Shown here: piece after piece, positions 9,054 through 18,353 of the stretch
Layout: every line of letters starts with the position of its first letter
Position numbering within the stretch: position 1 is the stretch's first letter
NCBI GenBank assembly: GCA_963800725.1
Contig: CAWDCE010000022.1
Location: 118,575 to 182,574, forward strand
Source: an uncultured Acidimicrobiaceae bacterium
GTDB taxonomy: Bacteria; Actinomycetota; Acidimicrobiia; Acidimicrobiales; RAAP-2
Length of the DNA: 64,000 nt
Direction of reading: 5' to 3'
Translations under genes and position numbers: made by a program
The notes under the pieces: generated by a model
Databases searched by the model: none
What the model was told of the DNA's origin: nothing
Seen by the model: only the letters and a program-made list of their open reading frames with translations

Positions 9054-10238
9054 GTGAGGGCGATCGACGACTCGGGGAGCGCTATGTCGTCACCTCGACC
9101 CCGCTCCTTGGTCGACGACGGATCCGCCGCCAGCCGCCTGGGCTGGATCCTCGGAGCGCTCGGCCTGGGTGCGCTGGTGGCGTCGTTTGCCCTCTCGCCC
9201 GAAGACGCCCGGTCGGCGGCCGCGCAAGACTGGTCACCCTTCGTGCTCGTCACCGGTCTGCTCCTCATTGGGCTGGTGGCCAATCGCGATGGGCTCTTCG
9301 CCGCGGCCGGACACCAACTCGCCCGCTCCGCGCCAAGTGGTCCGTTGCTCTTCATCGGGGCGACGGCCGTGATCGCCATCGTCACCGCGTTATTGAATCT
9401 CGACACGTCGGTCGCCTTTTTGACCCCGACCCTCCTCTACGCCGCTCGCAGCCGCCGCGGCGGCGAGGCGCCCCTCCTCTACGGGTGTCTGCTGTTGTCC
9501 AATGCCGGATCGCTCTTCCTCCCCGGGGCCAACTTGACCAACCTGATCGTGCTCGGTCACTTCCACGTGAGCGGGCTCGAGTTTCTCTCCCACATGTGGG
9601 CCCCCGCACTGGCCACTCTCGTGGTCACCGCAGCAGTCGTCGCCGTCATGGAGCGCAAGTCCCTGCGCCTCGGCTCGGCGGCACGAGGAAACATCGAGCG
9701 ACCCACCCTCGGGATCGGCGCCGCAGCGGTGGCAGCCTCGACTCTCTGCGTGCTCGTGCTCGACTCCCCCGCCATCGCCGTCGCCATCATTGGCGTGACT
9801 GCCATCGCCCTACGCATTGCGACCGGTCGTGAGCATGTACGTCGCGCGCTCGATGTCGTCGGGCTCCCGACCCTCATTGGCTTATTCGGATGGCCACCGC
9901 CCTCGGGACCTTGGGTCGGGTGTGGTCCGGACCCGCCGTACTGCTCTCGATCTCGACATCTGGGGCACCGCAGCCCTCGCCGCGGTCAGTTCGGTGCTGG
10001 TGAACAACCTGCCCGCGGCCAGCCTGCTGGCTGCCCGGACCCCAGCCCACCCCTACGCCTTGTTGATCGGCCTCAACGTCGGGCCAAATCTCTTGGTCAC
10101 CGGGGCGCTGTCGTGGCTGATCTGGTTGCGCAGTGCCCGGGTCGCCGGCGTCCGCCCGTCACTGGCCCGGGCCAGTCGCATCGGCGTCGTCGCCGTCCCG
10201 CTTTCAATGGTCTGCGCCTTGGCCCTGCGGCCCGCTAG
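9054..10238 (+). CDS. ArsB/NhaD-superfamily (CitMHS/SLC13-like) permease; about three frame breaks as sequenced
   Basis: Multi-TM protein with LLNLDTSVAFLTP and SNAGSLFLPGANLTNLIV motifs. The C-terminal third continues in other frames (ATALGTLGRVWSGPAVLL, then LDIWGTAALAAVSSVLVNNLPAASLL...). The end is taken at the TAG at 10236-10238, before the convergent rnj. Confidence 0.6.
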   Translation: MRAIDDSGSAMSSPRPRSLVDDGSAASRLGWILGALGLGALVASFALSPEDARSAAAQDWSPFVLVTGLLLIGLVANRDGLFAAAGHQLARSAPSGPLLFIGATAVIAIVTALLNLDTSVAFLTPTLLYAARSRRGGEAPLLYGCLLLSNAGSLFLPGANLTNLIVLGHFHVSGLEFLSHMWAPALATLVVTAAVVAVMERKSLRLGSAARGNIERPTLGIGAAAVAASTLCVLVLDSPAIAVAIIGVTAIALRIATGREHVRRALDVVGLPTLIGLFGWPPPSGPWVGCGPDPPYCSRSRHLGHRSPRRGQFGAGEQPARGQPAGCPDPSPPLRLVDRPQRRAKSLGHRGAVVADLVAQCPGRRRPPVTGPGQSHRRRRRPAFNGLRLGPAAR

Positions 10239-10248
10239 AAGGAGCAAC

Positions 10249-10264
10249 ATCGGCCGGTGCCGAT
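10249..10264. terminator. hairpin between the convergent permease and rnj genes
   Basis: ATCGGC-CGGT-GCCGAT, a 6-bp stem with a 4-nt loop, in the 64-bp convergent spacer. There is no clear U-tract. Confidence 0.3.
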
Positions 10265-10302
10265 CGCCCGGATTCGCTAGACCAACAAGACGACGGGCAC
10301 GA

Positions 10303-11964
10303 TCATCGGTCGGCGCCGGGTGCGGTCGCCCACAACTTGCCCAGTGCTTTGCCGGCGTGGCGGCTCAACACCTCGATGTCGCGCGCCCCGTCTCGCAGCG
10401 CCGCGGTGATGGCTGCCCCAACGACGTCGCTCGCTTCACCGAGCAGCGCCTCGGCCTCTGGGGCGTGGACCCATCCCCTGGTCTCGATGACGGGCGCCCC
10501 ACTGAGTGTGCCTTGGCGGTTGTCGACGGTGACCACCACCATGACCACGCCCTCTTCGGCCAGCTTCTGGCGGTCTCTGAGTACTCCGTGCCCGATGTCA
10601 CCGACGGTCCCGTCCACATAGACATAGCCGGCCGGGACCCGGCCGTCGCGCTTGATGCCCTTGGCGGTCAGTGACACTGCGTCACCGTCTTCGCACAAGA
10701 GCACACCCGCGGGCGCAATGCCCATCCCGAGTCCGAGGCGGGCATGATGGACGAGGTGGCGGTACTCGCCGTGCACGGGGATGAAACAGTCCGGCTTGGT
10801 CACTTGCATCAAGGTCTGCAACTCGCCGGCCTTGGCGTGCCCACTCACATGGACGGCCTCGGTCCCCGAGTGGATCACCTCGGCTCCCCGGCGGTGCAGC
10901 TCGTCGATCACCCGACCCACCGACCATTCGTTGCCCGGGATTGGATGCGCACTGATGACCACGACATCGTCGTGGCCAATCCGCAACCACTTGTTGTCGC
11001 CCGTCGCCATGAGCGACAGTGCGGACATTGGTTCGCCCTGGGACCCCGTCGAGATCACGCACATCTCCCCGGGTGGAACCGTGTCGACGTGCTCGATGTC
11101 GATCTGCGAACCCTTTGGCACCTCGATGAACCCGAGGCGGCTCCCAAGCTCGACGTTCTTGCCCATGGAACGACCGAGGGTCGCGATCTTGCGGCCGTTG
11201 GCTGTCGCGGCATCGATGATCTGTTGCACCCGGTGCAGGTGGCTGGCGAAACAGGCCACCACGATCCGCTTGTCCGGTTTGGACTCAAAGACCCGCTGCA
11301 AGGTGACGCCGACCGACGACTCCGATGCGGTGAAGCCCGGCTCTTCGGCGTTGGTCGAATCCGACAACAACAGGCGGATGCCGGAGGTCTTGGCCAACTC
11401 GCCCATCCGCGCCAGGTCGGTGCGCCGGCCATCGACCGGCTGGAGGTCGAGCTTGAAATCCCCCGAGTGCAAGATGATCCCCTGGGGGGTGTGGAAGGCA
11501 ATGGCACAGGCGTCGGGGACCGAATGCGTGGTCGGGATGAATTCGACGTCGCACGCGCCGATACGGATCCGCTCGCCGTCTTTGACCGAGACGAACTTGG
11601 TGCGCTCCGCCAGTCCGGCCTCTTCGACGCGGTGGCGGGCCAGACCGACCGTCAGCTCGGACCCGTAGATGGGGACCTTGAGGTCGCGCAGCAAGTAGGC
11701 CAAACCGCCGGTGTGGTCCTCGTGGCCGTGGGTGAGCACGATCCCGTCGACCTGGTCGGCGTGGTCACGCAGGTAGGTGAACTCGGGCAGGACGAGGTCG
11801 ACGCCCGGCATGTCGGGATCGGGGAACATGGTCCCGCAGTCGAGGACGATGATGCGGCCGTCCACCTCGATGCAGGCGCAGTTGCGACCGATCTCCCCGA
11901 GCCCGCCGAGGAAGACGACCCGAACCGGCCTTGCTCCCCCCGATGCCTTCTTCTTTTCAGGCAA
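10303..11964 (-). CDS. rnj: ribonuclease J
   Basis: Metallo-beta-lactamase motif HGHEDHTGG, beta-CASP and C-terminal domains. The start is set to TTG 11964 (LPEKKKASGGARPVRVVFLGGLGEIG), overlapping the dapA stop by 8 nt. The track ORF extends to 12180 across dapA. Confidence 0.9.
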   Translation of the reverse strand: MPEKKKASGGARPVRVVFLGGLGEIGRNCACIEVDGRIIVLDCGTMFPDPDMPGVDLVLPEFTYLRDHADQVDGIVLTHGHEDHTGGLAYLLRDLKVPIYGSELTVGLARHRVEEAGLAERTKFVSVKDGERIRIGACDVEFIPTTHSVPDACAIAFHTPQGIILHSGDFKLDLQPVDGRRTDLARMGELAKTSGIRLLLSDSTNAEEPGFTASESSVGVTLQRVFESKPDKRIVVACFASHLHRVQQIIDAATANGRKIATLGRSMGKNVELGSRLGFIEVPKGSQIDIEHVDTVPPGEMCVISTGSQGEPMSALSLMATGDNKWLRIGHDDVVVISAHPIPGNEWSVGRVIDELHRRGAEVIHSGTEAVHVSGHAKAGELQTLMQVTKPDCFIPVHGEYRHLVHHARLGLGMGIAPAGVLLCEDGDAVSLTAKGIKRDGRVPAGYVYVDGTVGDIGHGVLRDRQKLAEEGVVMVVVTVDNRQGTLSGAPVIETRGWVHAPEAEALLGEASDVVGAAITAALRDGARDIEVLSRHAGKALGKLWATAPGADR

Positions 11965-12886
11965 GCGGACGGGGTGTTTCGGTCGGGGGACCGACGGCGG
12001 CGAGCACCTTGGCGGCCGCGGCGTCGAGTTCGGGGGTGGATTCGCCCATCGGGAGCCGACACTGGCCGACCGAGAGGCCGAGTGCGCGGCACATGGCCTT
12101 GGCCGGCAGTGGGTTGGGGTACTCGGGCGTCGACTCGAAGTCGAAGGAATCGAGCAACTCGGCGTGATGGGAGATGGCACCCGCCAGATCCCCGTCCAAG
12201 AAGGAGTCGATGACCGAGCGCAGCTGCGGGCCGATCCAGTGCGCCGCCACGCTGATCAGGCCGATCGCACCGATCGCCAGCAACGGGAGTGTCATGACGT
12301 CGTCGCCGCTGTAGATCTCGAAACCTGCCGGCACCTGTGCGGCCAGACGGGCCGACCCGGCCGGGTCACCCGCGGCGTCTTTGAGGCCGACGATGTTCCT
12401 CACGCCGCGCGCCAAGCGCAGCATGGTCTCGTGTTCGATGCGCCGGCCAGAACGCACCGGGATGTCGTAGAGCAGCACCGGGAGCCCGCTTGCGGCTTCG
12501 GCCATGGCACCGAAGTGCGCCTCGATTCCGGTCTGCGAGGGGCGGTTGTAGTACGGGGTGACGGCCAAGATGCCGTCAATGCCGCATTCGGCGGCCGCCC
12601 GGGTCATCTTGATCGAGTGCTCGGTGTCGTTCGAGCCGGTGCCCGCGATCACCGGGATCGTCACCGACTCGGCGACGGCTCGCCAAAGATCGACCTTCTC
12701 GGCGTCAGTGAGCACCGAACTCTCCCCGGTCGAACCGCTCAGGACGAGCCCGTCACTGCCGTGGGCGGCGAGCCATCGGGCGAGGTCAACCGAAGCCGAG
12801 ACGTCGAGACCGCCCGCCTCGTCGAACGGCGTCACCATGGCGGTGACGACCCGGCCGAATCTCGGCATCGGTGCAGCAGAACTCAT
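11957..12886 (-). CDS. dapA: 4-hydroxy-tetrahydrodipicolinate synthase
   Basis: Contains MPRFGRVVTAMVTPFD, GSTGES and IVGLKDA (active-site Lys region). Candidate starts are 12889 (GTG), 12886 (ATG) or 12868 (ATG). Confidence 0.9.
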   Translation of the reverse strand: MSSAAPMPRFGRVVTAMVTPFDEAGGLDVSASVDLARWLAAHGSDGLVLSGSTGESSVLTDAEKVDLWRAVAESVTIPVIAGTGSNDTEHSIKMTRAAAECGIDGILAVTPYYNRPSQTGIEAHFGAMAEAASGLPVLLYDIPVRSGRRIEHETMLRLARGVRNIVGLKDAAGDPAGSARLAAQVPAGFEIYSGDDVMTLPLLAIGAIGLISVAAHWIGPQLRSVIDSFLDGDLAGAISHHAELLDSFDFESTPEYPNPLPAKAMCRALGLSVGQCRLPMGESTPELDAAAAKVLAAVGPPTETPRPLA

Positions 12887-12947
12887 CACCTGGTCACGCT
12901 ACCAGTCGGGCTCCCCACACCCGAGAAGCCCCGAGCCGCGGTGATGC

Positions 12948-14105
12948 TCAGGCGACCTGGCGGTCGACGGGTGAGCCGTCGGCGAAGGCGTCCTCTTCCT
13001 CGGTCGAATCGCTGAGGTTCTCGAAGGCAATGGCGCCCATTTCCGTGAACTTCTGGCGGAGCCAGCCGTCGGCGGCATCGAGCAGTCCCAGTTTCTTGAG
13101 GTTCGGCACGATCTTGGAGAACAAAAGGATCTGGAACTCGTCGCGCTCGGGCGTCATGCTCATGATCTTGACCACATCGGCCGTCGGCACCTCGAGGCGC
13201 TCCCACACCTCTTGCATGACCAGGCGGTCCTTCATACGGATCGCGGCCTCGAAGGCGAATTCCTGGCGTTCACGCAACTCGGCCGCAGTGAGTTCTTGGT
13301 AGTACTCCTGCAAGCTCAGGACCCCGAACGCGACATGGCGCGCCTCATCGGCCATGACGTAGCGCAGCAGCTTCTTGAGCAGCGGCTCGGTGGTCATGGA
13401 GTGGATGAAACCGAACGCGGCCAGCGCCAGGCCCTCGACCATGATCTGCATGCCGAGATAGGTCATGTCCCAGCGCGAATCCTGGACGATGTCGTCGAGC
13501 AGCAGACCGAGGTGCGCATTCATTGGATAGTGCCCCGACAACTTGGTGTCGAGGTACTTGGAGAACACCTCGACATGGCGGGCCTCGTCCATCACCTGGG
13601 TGGCGGCGTAGTACTTGGCGTCGATCCACGGCACGGTCTCGACGATCTTGGCGGTGCACAGCAATGCGCCCTGCTCGCCGTGCATGAACTGGGACAAGAG
13701 CCAGTTCTGGTTCTCGACACCGAACCGGAGCCACTCCTTGTCGCCCCAATGGGCCACGGCGGTCCCCGAGAGGTCCCCCGCCGTCAGTTGCATCTGGTCG
13801 GGGTTGGCCTCTTGATTGTTGATCACGACGCGTTCTTGATCGACCTCGATGGACCAGTCCAGATCGGTCTGCCCGTTCCACTGGGCCTTCTTGGCCTTCT
13901 CGTAGAGCTTGTCGAGCTTGGGCTTGGAGCCCTTCTCGTAGTCCCAGGTGAACTCGGAGGGACAGTGGTTCTCGACCCGGTGGTAGCCCTCCACGTCATA
14001 GGACCCGCAGAAGCTCAGCACCGCCTCGAGATCGTCGATCTTGTCTCGACCGATCAACTCGAGATTGCTCTTCATCATGGCCTGGTCGTCATCGACGGTG
14101 GTCAC
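12948..14105 (-). CDS. ferritin-like di-iron carboxylate protein (AurF/R2-like fold), function unknown
   Basis: 385-aa intact ORF with a four-helix di-iron signature: HGEQGA, MDEARHVEVF, MVEGLA, MADEARHVAFG (E, ExxH, E, ExxH). Its start overlaps the upstream TetR stop by 4 nt. Confidence 0.75.
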   Translation of the reverse strand: MTTVDDDQAMMKSNLELIGRDKIDDLEAVLSFCGSYDVEGYHRVENHCPSEFTWDYEKGSKPKLDKLYEKAKKAQWNGQTDLDWSIEVDQERVVINNQEANPDQMQLTAGDLSGTAVAHWGDKEWLRFGVENQNWLLSQFMHGEQGALLCTAKIVETVPWIDAKYYAATQVMDEARHVEVFSKYLDTKLSGHYPMNAHLGLLLDDIVQDSRWDMTYLGMQIMVEGLALAAFGFIHSMTTEPLLKKLLRYVMADEARHVAFGVLSLQEYYQELTAAELRERQEFAFEAAIRMKDRLVMQEVWERLEVPTADVVKIMSMTPERDEFQILLFSKIVPNLKKLGLLDAADGWLRQKFTEMGAIAFENLSDSTEEEDAFADGSPVDRQVA

Positions 14106-14839
14106 TTGACTGCCCCCTTTTGGGTCGGTTGTTCGCTGGTCGTGGGCGGATATGGATCGATCGTTTGGAATTGGTCGCCCGGCGTGCGCAGCGCCAGGAT
14201 GCCGGGGAGCACGAAGGCGCGCACCAGGGCCTCGGTGTCGTTGCGGTCAGCCAGATCTACGCCGTCGGCCGGGTCGACGGCGTAGGCCACCACGATCCGC
14301 ACGGCCCATTCGGCGGCGCGTGAGGCCTGATCGGGCTCGAGCCAACGGGCGAAGAACGGGGCGGCGAAGTCCCCGGCCACCATCAATATGCGGTCCATCC
14401 CCGAAAACGTCAGATTCGGGAGGATGATGCCAGGCTCGTGGGCCAACACCGCCGCCAACGCGCCATGGGTGCGCAAGGCACGGGCGGACTCGGTCATGCC
14501 GGCGACCAGCACCGCTTCGAGATCGGTCGCCTCGCCCATCACGACGGCGAGCGCAGAGAACAGGCGGGCCACCTCGGTGGAGATGACGGCACCGAACACC
14601 TCGTCTTTGCCGCCGGGGAACGTGCGATAGAGAGTGGCCCTCGAGAATCCGGCCTCGCGGGCGATGTCATCGACGGTGGTCTTGGCCACCCCGGTGCGCT
14701 CGACGCAGCGAAGCGCGGCATCGACTAAGCGCACCCGGGTCGAAGAACGGTCGTCAGCGCCGAGATGGTGCAGCACCTTGGCGGCCGGGACATACGCGTC
14801 CGCCGTGCTGACCTGGTGCTCCATCTCCGCCGCCTCCAC
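14102..14839 (-). CDS. TetR family transcriptional regulator
   Basis: HTH region VAKTTVDDIAREAGFSRATLYRTFPGGKDEVF. It appears translationally coupled to the di-iron gene. Confidence 0.85.
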   Translation of the reverse strand: MEAAEMEHQVSTADAYVPAAKVLHHLGADDRSSTRVRLVDAALRCVERTGVAKTTVDDIAREAGFSRATLYRTFPGGKDEVFGAVISTEVARLFSALAVVMGEATDLEAVLVAGMTESARALRTHGALAAVLAHEPGIILPNLTFSGMDRILMVAGDFAAPFFARWLEPDQASRAAEWAVRIVVAYAVDPADGVDLADRNDTEALVRAFVLPGILALRTPGDQFQTIDPYPPTTSEQPTQKGAVK

Positions 14840-14842
14840 TGA

Positions 14843-14869
14843 TGAAACAGTATGGCGATATTTGTCTCA
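14843..14869. promoter_or_regulatory. candidate TetR operator / promoter region
   Basis: Imperfect inverted repeat TGAAACA-N13-TGTCTCA in a locally AT-rich 33-bp spacer directly upstream of the TetR start codon. Confidence 0.35.
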
Positions 14870-14872
14870 GTG

Positions 14873-15736
14873 TCAACTAAGGCCCACGTGACCAGGGGCG
14901 ATGCTCAGCGTCAGGGCGGCCAATATCCCGAGCGTGGCCGCACTTGCGCCGATCACGACCCCGATGCGCTGGGCGCGCGTGGCCAGGTTGCACGAAATGT
15001 CGAAGAGGAGGCCGAGCACCGCACCGACGACGAGGCCACCAATATGGGCCCGCCAGTCGACGTTGCCGACCCCCGCCCCGGACCCGACGAACCCGAAAAC
15101 CAAGTTGATGGCGATCAAGATGACGACCGGTGCCATTGGTTTGCGATTGCGCTGAGCCAACACCACGTAGGCGCCCATGACCCCAAAGATGGCCCCCGAC
15201 ACGCCAACCCCGTACACACCGGCCGGGCCCAACAGGTACGAACACACGCTGCCGCCGAGGCCGGCGATGAGATACAGGGCAACGAAGCGCGCCTTGCCCA
15301 ACATGACTTCGACGGCCGGGCCGACAATGAGCAGGGTCACCATGTTGAGCCCGATGTGCAAGAAGTTCACGTGGAGGAACATGGCGGTGAACACCCGGTA
15401 GTACTGATGGAAGAAGTGGACGTCGTCGGGCTCGAGGGCGAACCGGCTCAACACGGCGGGCTTGCCGAAGCCACTAGCGACGAAGCAGATCACGTTGACC
15501 ACGACAATGGCGATGACCACCGGTGTCGGATTGGTCGATCCAACCGCGCCGGTGTGGTTGGCGTCGGCGAAGGGTCGGATGACCCGGGTCGATTTGGCAC
15601 CCTCGCGCACGCAGGCGGGACACTGCCAACCAACGGGCGCCTGAATCATGCACTCGGTACAGATCGCCCGGTCGCAGTGGGCGCAGCGCGCTGCGGCCGG
15701 ACGGTCCGGATGCTGTGCGCACGGCGGGGCGGTCAT
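14873..15736 (-). CDS. rhomboid family intramembrane serine protease with N-terminal zinc ribbon
   Basis: Cys-rich N-terminus (CAQHPDRPAAARCAHCDRAICTECM...WQCPAC), HxxxN (FLHIGLNM), catalytic GVSGAIFG and AHIGGL. Confidence 0.85.
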   Translation of the reverse strand: MTAPPCAQHPDRPAAARCAHCDRAICTECMIQAPVGWQCPACVREGAKSTRVIRPFADANHTGAVGSTNPTPVVIAIVVVNVICFVASGFGKPAVLSRFALEPDDVHFFHQYYRVFTAMFLHVNFLHIGLNMVTLLIVGPAVEVMLGKARFVALYLIAGLGGSVCSYLLGPAGVYGVGVSGAIFGVMGAYVVLAQRNRKPMAPVVILIAINLVFGFVGSGAGVGNVDWRAHIGGLVVGAVLGLLFDISCNLATRAQRIGVVIGASAATLGILAALTLSIAPGHVGLS

Positions 15737-16299
15737 CGGATGCCGGCCAACAATTCGCCGCGAACCAGCCGGGCCACCTGGGCCGGGTCACCGAGGTCCC
15801 AGCGCCCGGGGGACGCGATGTACGACAGCACCATGCGGGCTAAGAAGTCAGCGGCCGCATCGAGGTCGGTGCCTTCGTGCATCCCGTGGCGCACAAGATA
15901 GGGCCGCAAGAAGGCGGCCACCAACGTGTGGGTCTCATTGGCTTCGACCGTGAGGCGCGGCAAGAGGATCTCAGGCTCGGTCACCAAGATGCGCTGGAGC
16001 ACCTCGTGGCGGGCCAGGGCTGCGTGCGCGAACATCAAACCCCGCTCCATGACCTCTTCGAGGGTCTCGCAGTCGTGCACCTCGTCATAGAGCCGCAAGA
16101 AGAAACGGGCGAACTCCCACGAGACGACGGCCGCGATCAGTTCCTCGCGCCCACCGGGGAAATAGCGGTACACAGTGGCCCGAGACACCCCCGCCTGGCG
16201 CGCCGCGTCCTCGACGGTGGTCTTGGCCAATCCCCATCGGGCCACGCAGTCGTAGGTGGCCTGCAAGAGACGCTCTCGCACATCACCTCGATTGCTCAC
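15733..16299 (-). CDS. TetR family transcriptional regulator
   Basis: HTH region LAKTTVEDAARQAGVSRATVYRYFPGGREEL. It has 4-nt overlaps with both neighbours. Confidence 0.85.
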   Translation of the reverse strand: MSNRGDVRERLLQATYDCVARWGLAKTTVEDAARQAGVSRATVYRYFPGGREELIAAVVSWEFARFFLRLYDEVHDCETLEEVMERGLMFAHAALARHEVLQRILVTEPEILLPRLTVEANETHTLVAAFLRPYLVRHGMHEGTDLDAAADFLARMVLSYIASPGRWDLGDPAQVARLVRGELLAGIR

Positions 16300-17081
16300 A
16301 ACCCGAGTAGCGCCTCGATGCCGATGGTCAAGCCCGGTCGCTCGCCCACACTGCGCACGGCCAAGAGCACGCCAGGCATGAATGAGCGGCGGTCATAGGA
16401 ATCGTGGCGCAAGGTCAAGCTCTGCCCGAGTGCACCGAAAATGACCTCTTCGTGGGCGATGAGCCCGGACAAGCGCACCGAATGGACCCGCACCCCGCCA
16501 GGTCCAAGCGCACCACGGGCCCCCTCGAGCACGTGTTCGGTGGTCGGATCGGGGGCAAATGATCCCGATCCAGAGGCGCGACGGGCGTCGGCGATCCCTT
16601 GGGCGGTGTGCAACGACGTCCCCGATGGCGCGTCGCGCTTGGCGTCGTGGTGGAGTTCGATGACCTCGACCCCATCCATGTGCGGCGCCGCCAGTTCGCA
16701 AAAGCGCATCAGCAGGACGGCCCCGATAGCGAAATTGGCCGCCACGATGGCGTTGGCCGCACCCGCATCGAAACGCTTGGCGGCCTCCGCCAGATCGGCC
16801 TCACTGAGCCCGGTGGTCCCGACCACCGCGTGGATCCCGAGGTCGGCATAGATGCCGAGATTTTCCCGGGCCGCTTCGGCCACCGAGAAGTCGACTACGA
16901 CCTCGGTGCCCGATGCACCGAGCGACGCAATGTCCCCAGTGATCTCGCACCCGCCCGCGGACTCGCCCACATGGAAGGGATCGACGGCGGCGACCAGTTC
17001 GAGATCGTCGGCGTCGCTGACCGCCCGCGCCACCTCTTGGCCCATACGTCCGCCCGCGCCCAGCACCGCGACCTTCACCAT
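16296..17081 (-). CDS. dapB: 4-hydroxy-tetrahydrodipicolinate reductase
   Basis: MVKVAVLGAGGRMGQEV Rossmann motif and ELHHDAKRDAPSGT substrate motif. Confidence 0.9.
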   Translation of the reverse strand: MVKVAVLGAGGRMGQEVARAVSDADDLELVAAVDPFHVGESAGGCEITGDIASLGASGTEVVVDFSVAEAARENLGIYADLGIHAVVGTTGLSEADLAEAAKRFDAGAANAIVAANFAIGAVLLMRFCELAAPHMDGVEVIELHHDAKRDAPSGTSLHTAQGIADARRASGSGSFAPDPTTEHVLEGARGALGPGGVRVHSVRLSGLIAHEEVIFGALGQSLTLRHDSYDRRSFMPGVLLAVRSVGERPGLTIGIEALLGL

Positions 17082-17090
17082 GGTGTGACC

Positions 17091-18353
17091 CTACTGGGCC
17101 CGACTGGTTGCCAGGTGCTCGTCGAAGGCATCGGGATCGAAAGGGCCGACCGCACTGAGGGTGCGGGGGGCGAGTGCCACCTCATTGGCCACGGCCAGTA
17201 CCTCTTCGAGTCCGACGGCCTCAATGTGGGCCAGTACGTCGTCGACGGATTGGACCCGGCCCTGCAAGAGGGTGGACGCCCCGATGCGGCTCATGCGCGC
17301 CCCTGAGTCTTCTCCCGACAACAGCATCTCGGCCCGGATATTGCCCTTGGCCACCGCCAGTTCGCGCTCGGTGATGCCGTGAACCGCCAACAATTCGAGT
17401 TCGCCCGAGATGATGCGCAACACCTCGGGAACGTGCCCGGGCGCGGTGCCGACCACGACCGCGAGCGATCCGGCGTCGACGTAGGCCGCCCGCTCCGACC
17501 ACACCGAGTAGGCCAGCCCGCGTTCTTCGCGCACCTTTTGAAACAGGCGACTCGACAGGCCGCCGCCGAGCACGTGATTGAGCACCGAGAGCGCCCAGCG
17601 CCGGTCGTCGAGACGCGACACCGAGCGCATGCCGTAGACGACATGGGCCTGCTCGGTCGGTCGCCGCACGATCCGCAGCGGCACCGTGGTCGGCCCCGGG
17701 GCACTGCGCTCGGGTGCGGCTCCCCCGCTCGCGCCACCGAACCGGCGCTCGAGGTCAGCGGCCACCCCCTCATGGGTGCAGTCACCGGCCACCGAGACCA
17801 CCATGTTGGCCGGACGGTAGTGGTGGTCGAAAAAACCGCGGATGTCCGCGGCGGAGAGTTGGCCGACGGTGGCAGCGGTGCCCAAGGTGTCCCGACCGAG
17901 CGCGTGGCCCGGGAACAGCGACGATTGCCACTGCTCGGCGGCCAGATCCGCCGGCTCGTCGGCGTGCATGAGGATCTCGTCGAGAATGACCGTCCGCTCG
18001 GCGTCGACGTCGGATTGGCGCAGGGCCGGATCCCACATGATCTCGCTCAAGATATCGAGACCGAGGGGCAGGTGCTCGGCCAGCAGCCGAATGTAAAAGG
18101 TCGTGTACTCCTTGGTCGTAAACGCGTTGCAATCGCCGCCGACCTCATCGAGCGACTCGGCGATGGCCGCGGCCGAGCGCGCGGCCGTTCCCTTGAAGAG
18201 CAGGTGCTCGAGGAAGTGCGAGGCGCCGGCCAACTCGTCGGACTCATCGCGCGAGCCCGAGCCCACCCAAAAGGCGACCGCCACCGAGCGGACATCGGCC
18301 ATGGTCTCGGTGACCAGGCGGATGCCGCTCGGCAGGACAGACGATTGGATCAA
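17091..18353 (-). CDS. M16 family zinc peptidase (PepR-like)
   Basis: Inverted zincin motif HFLEHLLFKG. 420 aa, at the conserved position downstream of pnp. Confidence 0.85.
   Translation of the reverse strand: MIQSSVLPSGIRLVTETMADVRSVAVAFWVGSGSRDESDELAGASHFLEHLLFKGTAARSAAAIAESLDEVGGDCNAFTTKEYTTFYIRLLAEHLPLGLDILSEIMWDPALRQSDVDAERTVILDEILMHADEPADLAAEQWQSSLFPGHALGRDTLGTAATVGQLSAADIRGFFDHHYRPANMVVSVAGDCTHEGVAADLERRFGGASGGAAPERSAPGPTTVPLRIVRRPTEQAHVVYGMRSVSRLDDRRWALSVLNHVLGGGLSSRLFQKVREERGLAYSVWSERAAYVDAGSLAVVVGTAPGHVPEVLRIISGELELLAVHGITERELAVAKGNIRAEMLLSGEDSGARMSRIGASTLLQGRVQSVDDVLAHIEAVGLEEVLAVANEVALAPRTLSAVGPFDPDAFDEHLATSRAQ

Noticed and set aside
8135-9406. 423-aa minus-strand ORF
   Set aside because: It is antisense to the radical SAM gene and the permease. 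No motifs. The sense-strand genes explain the region.
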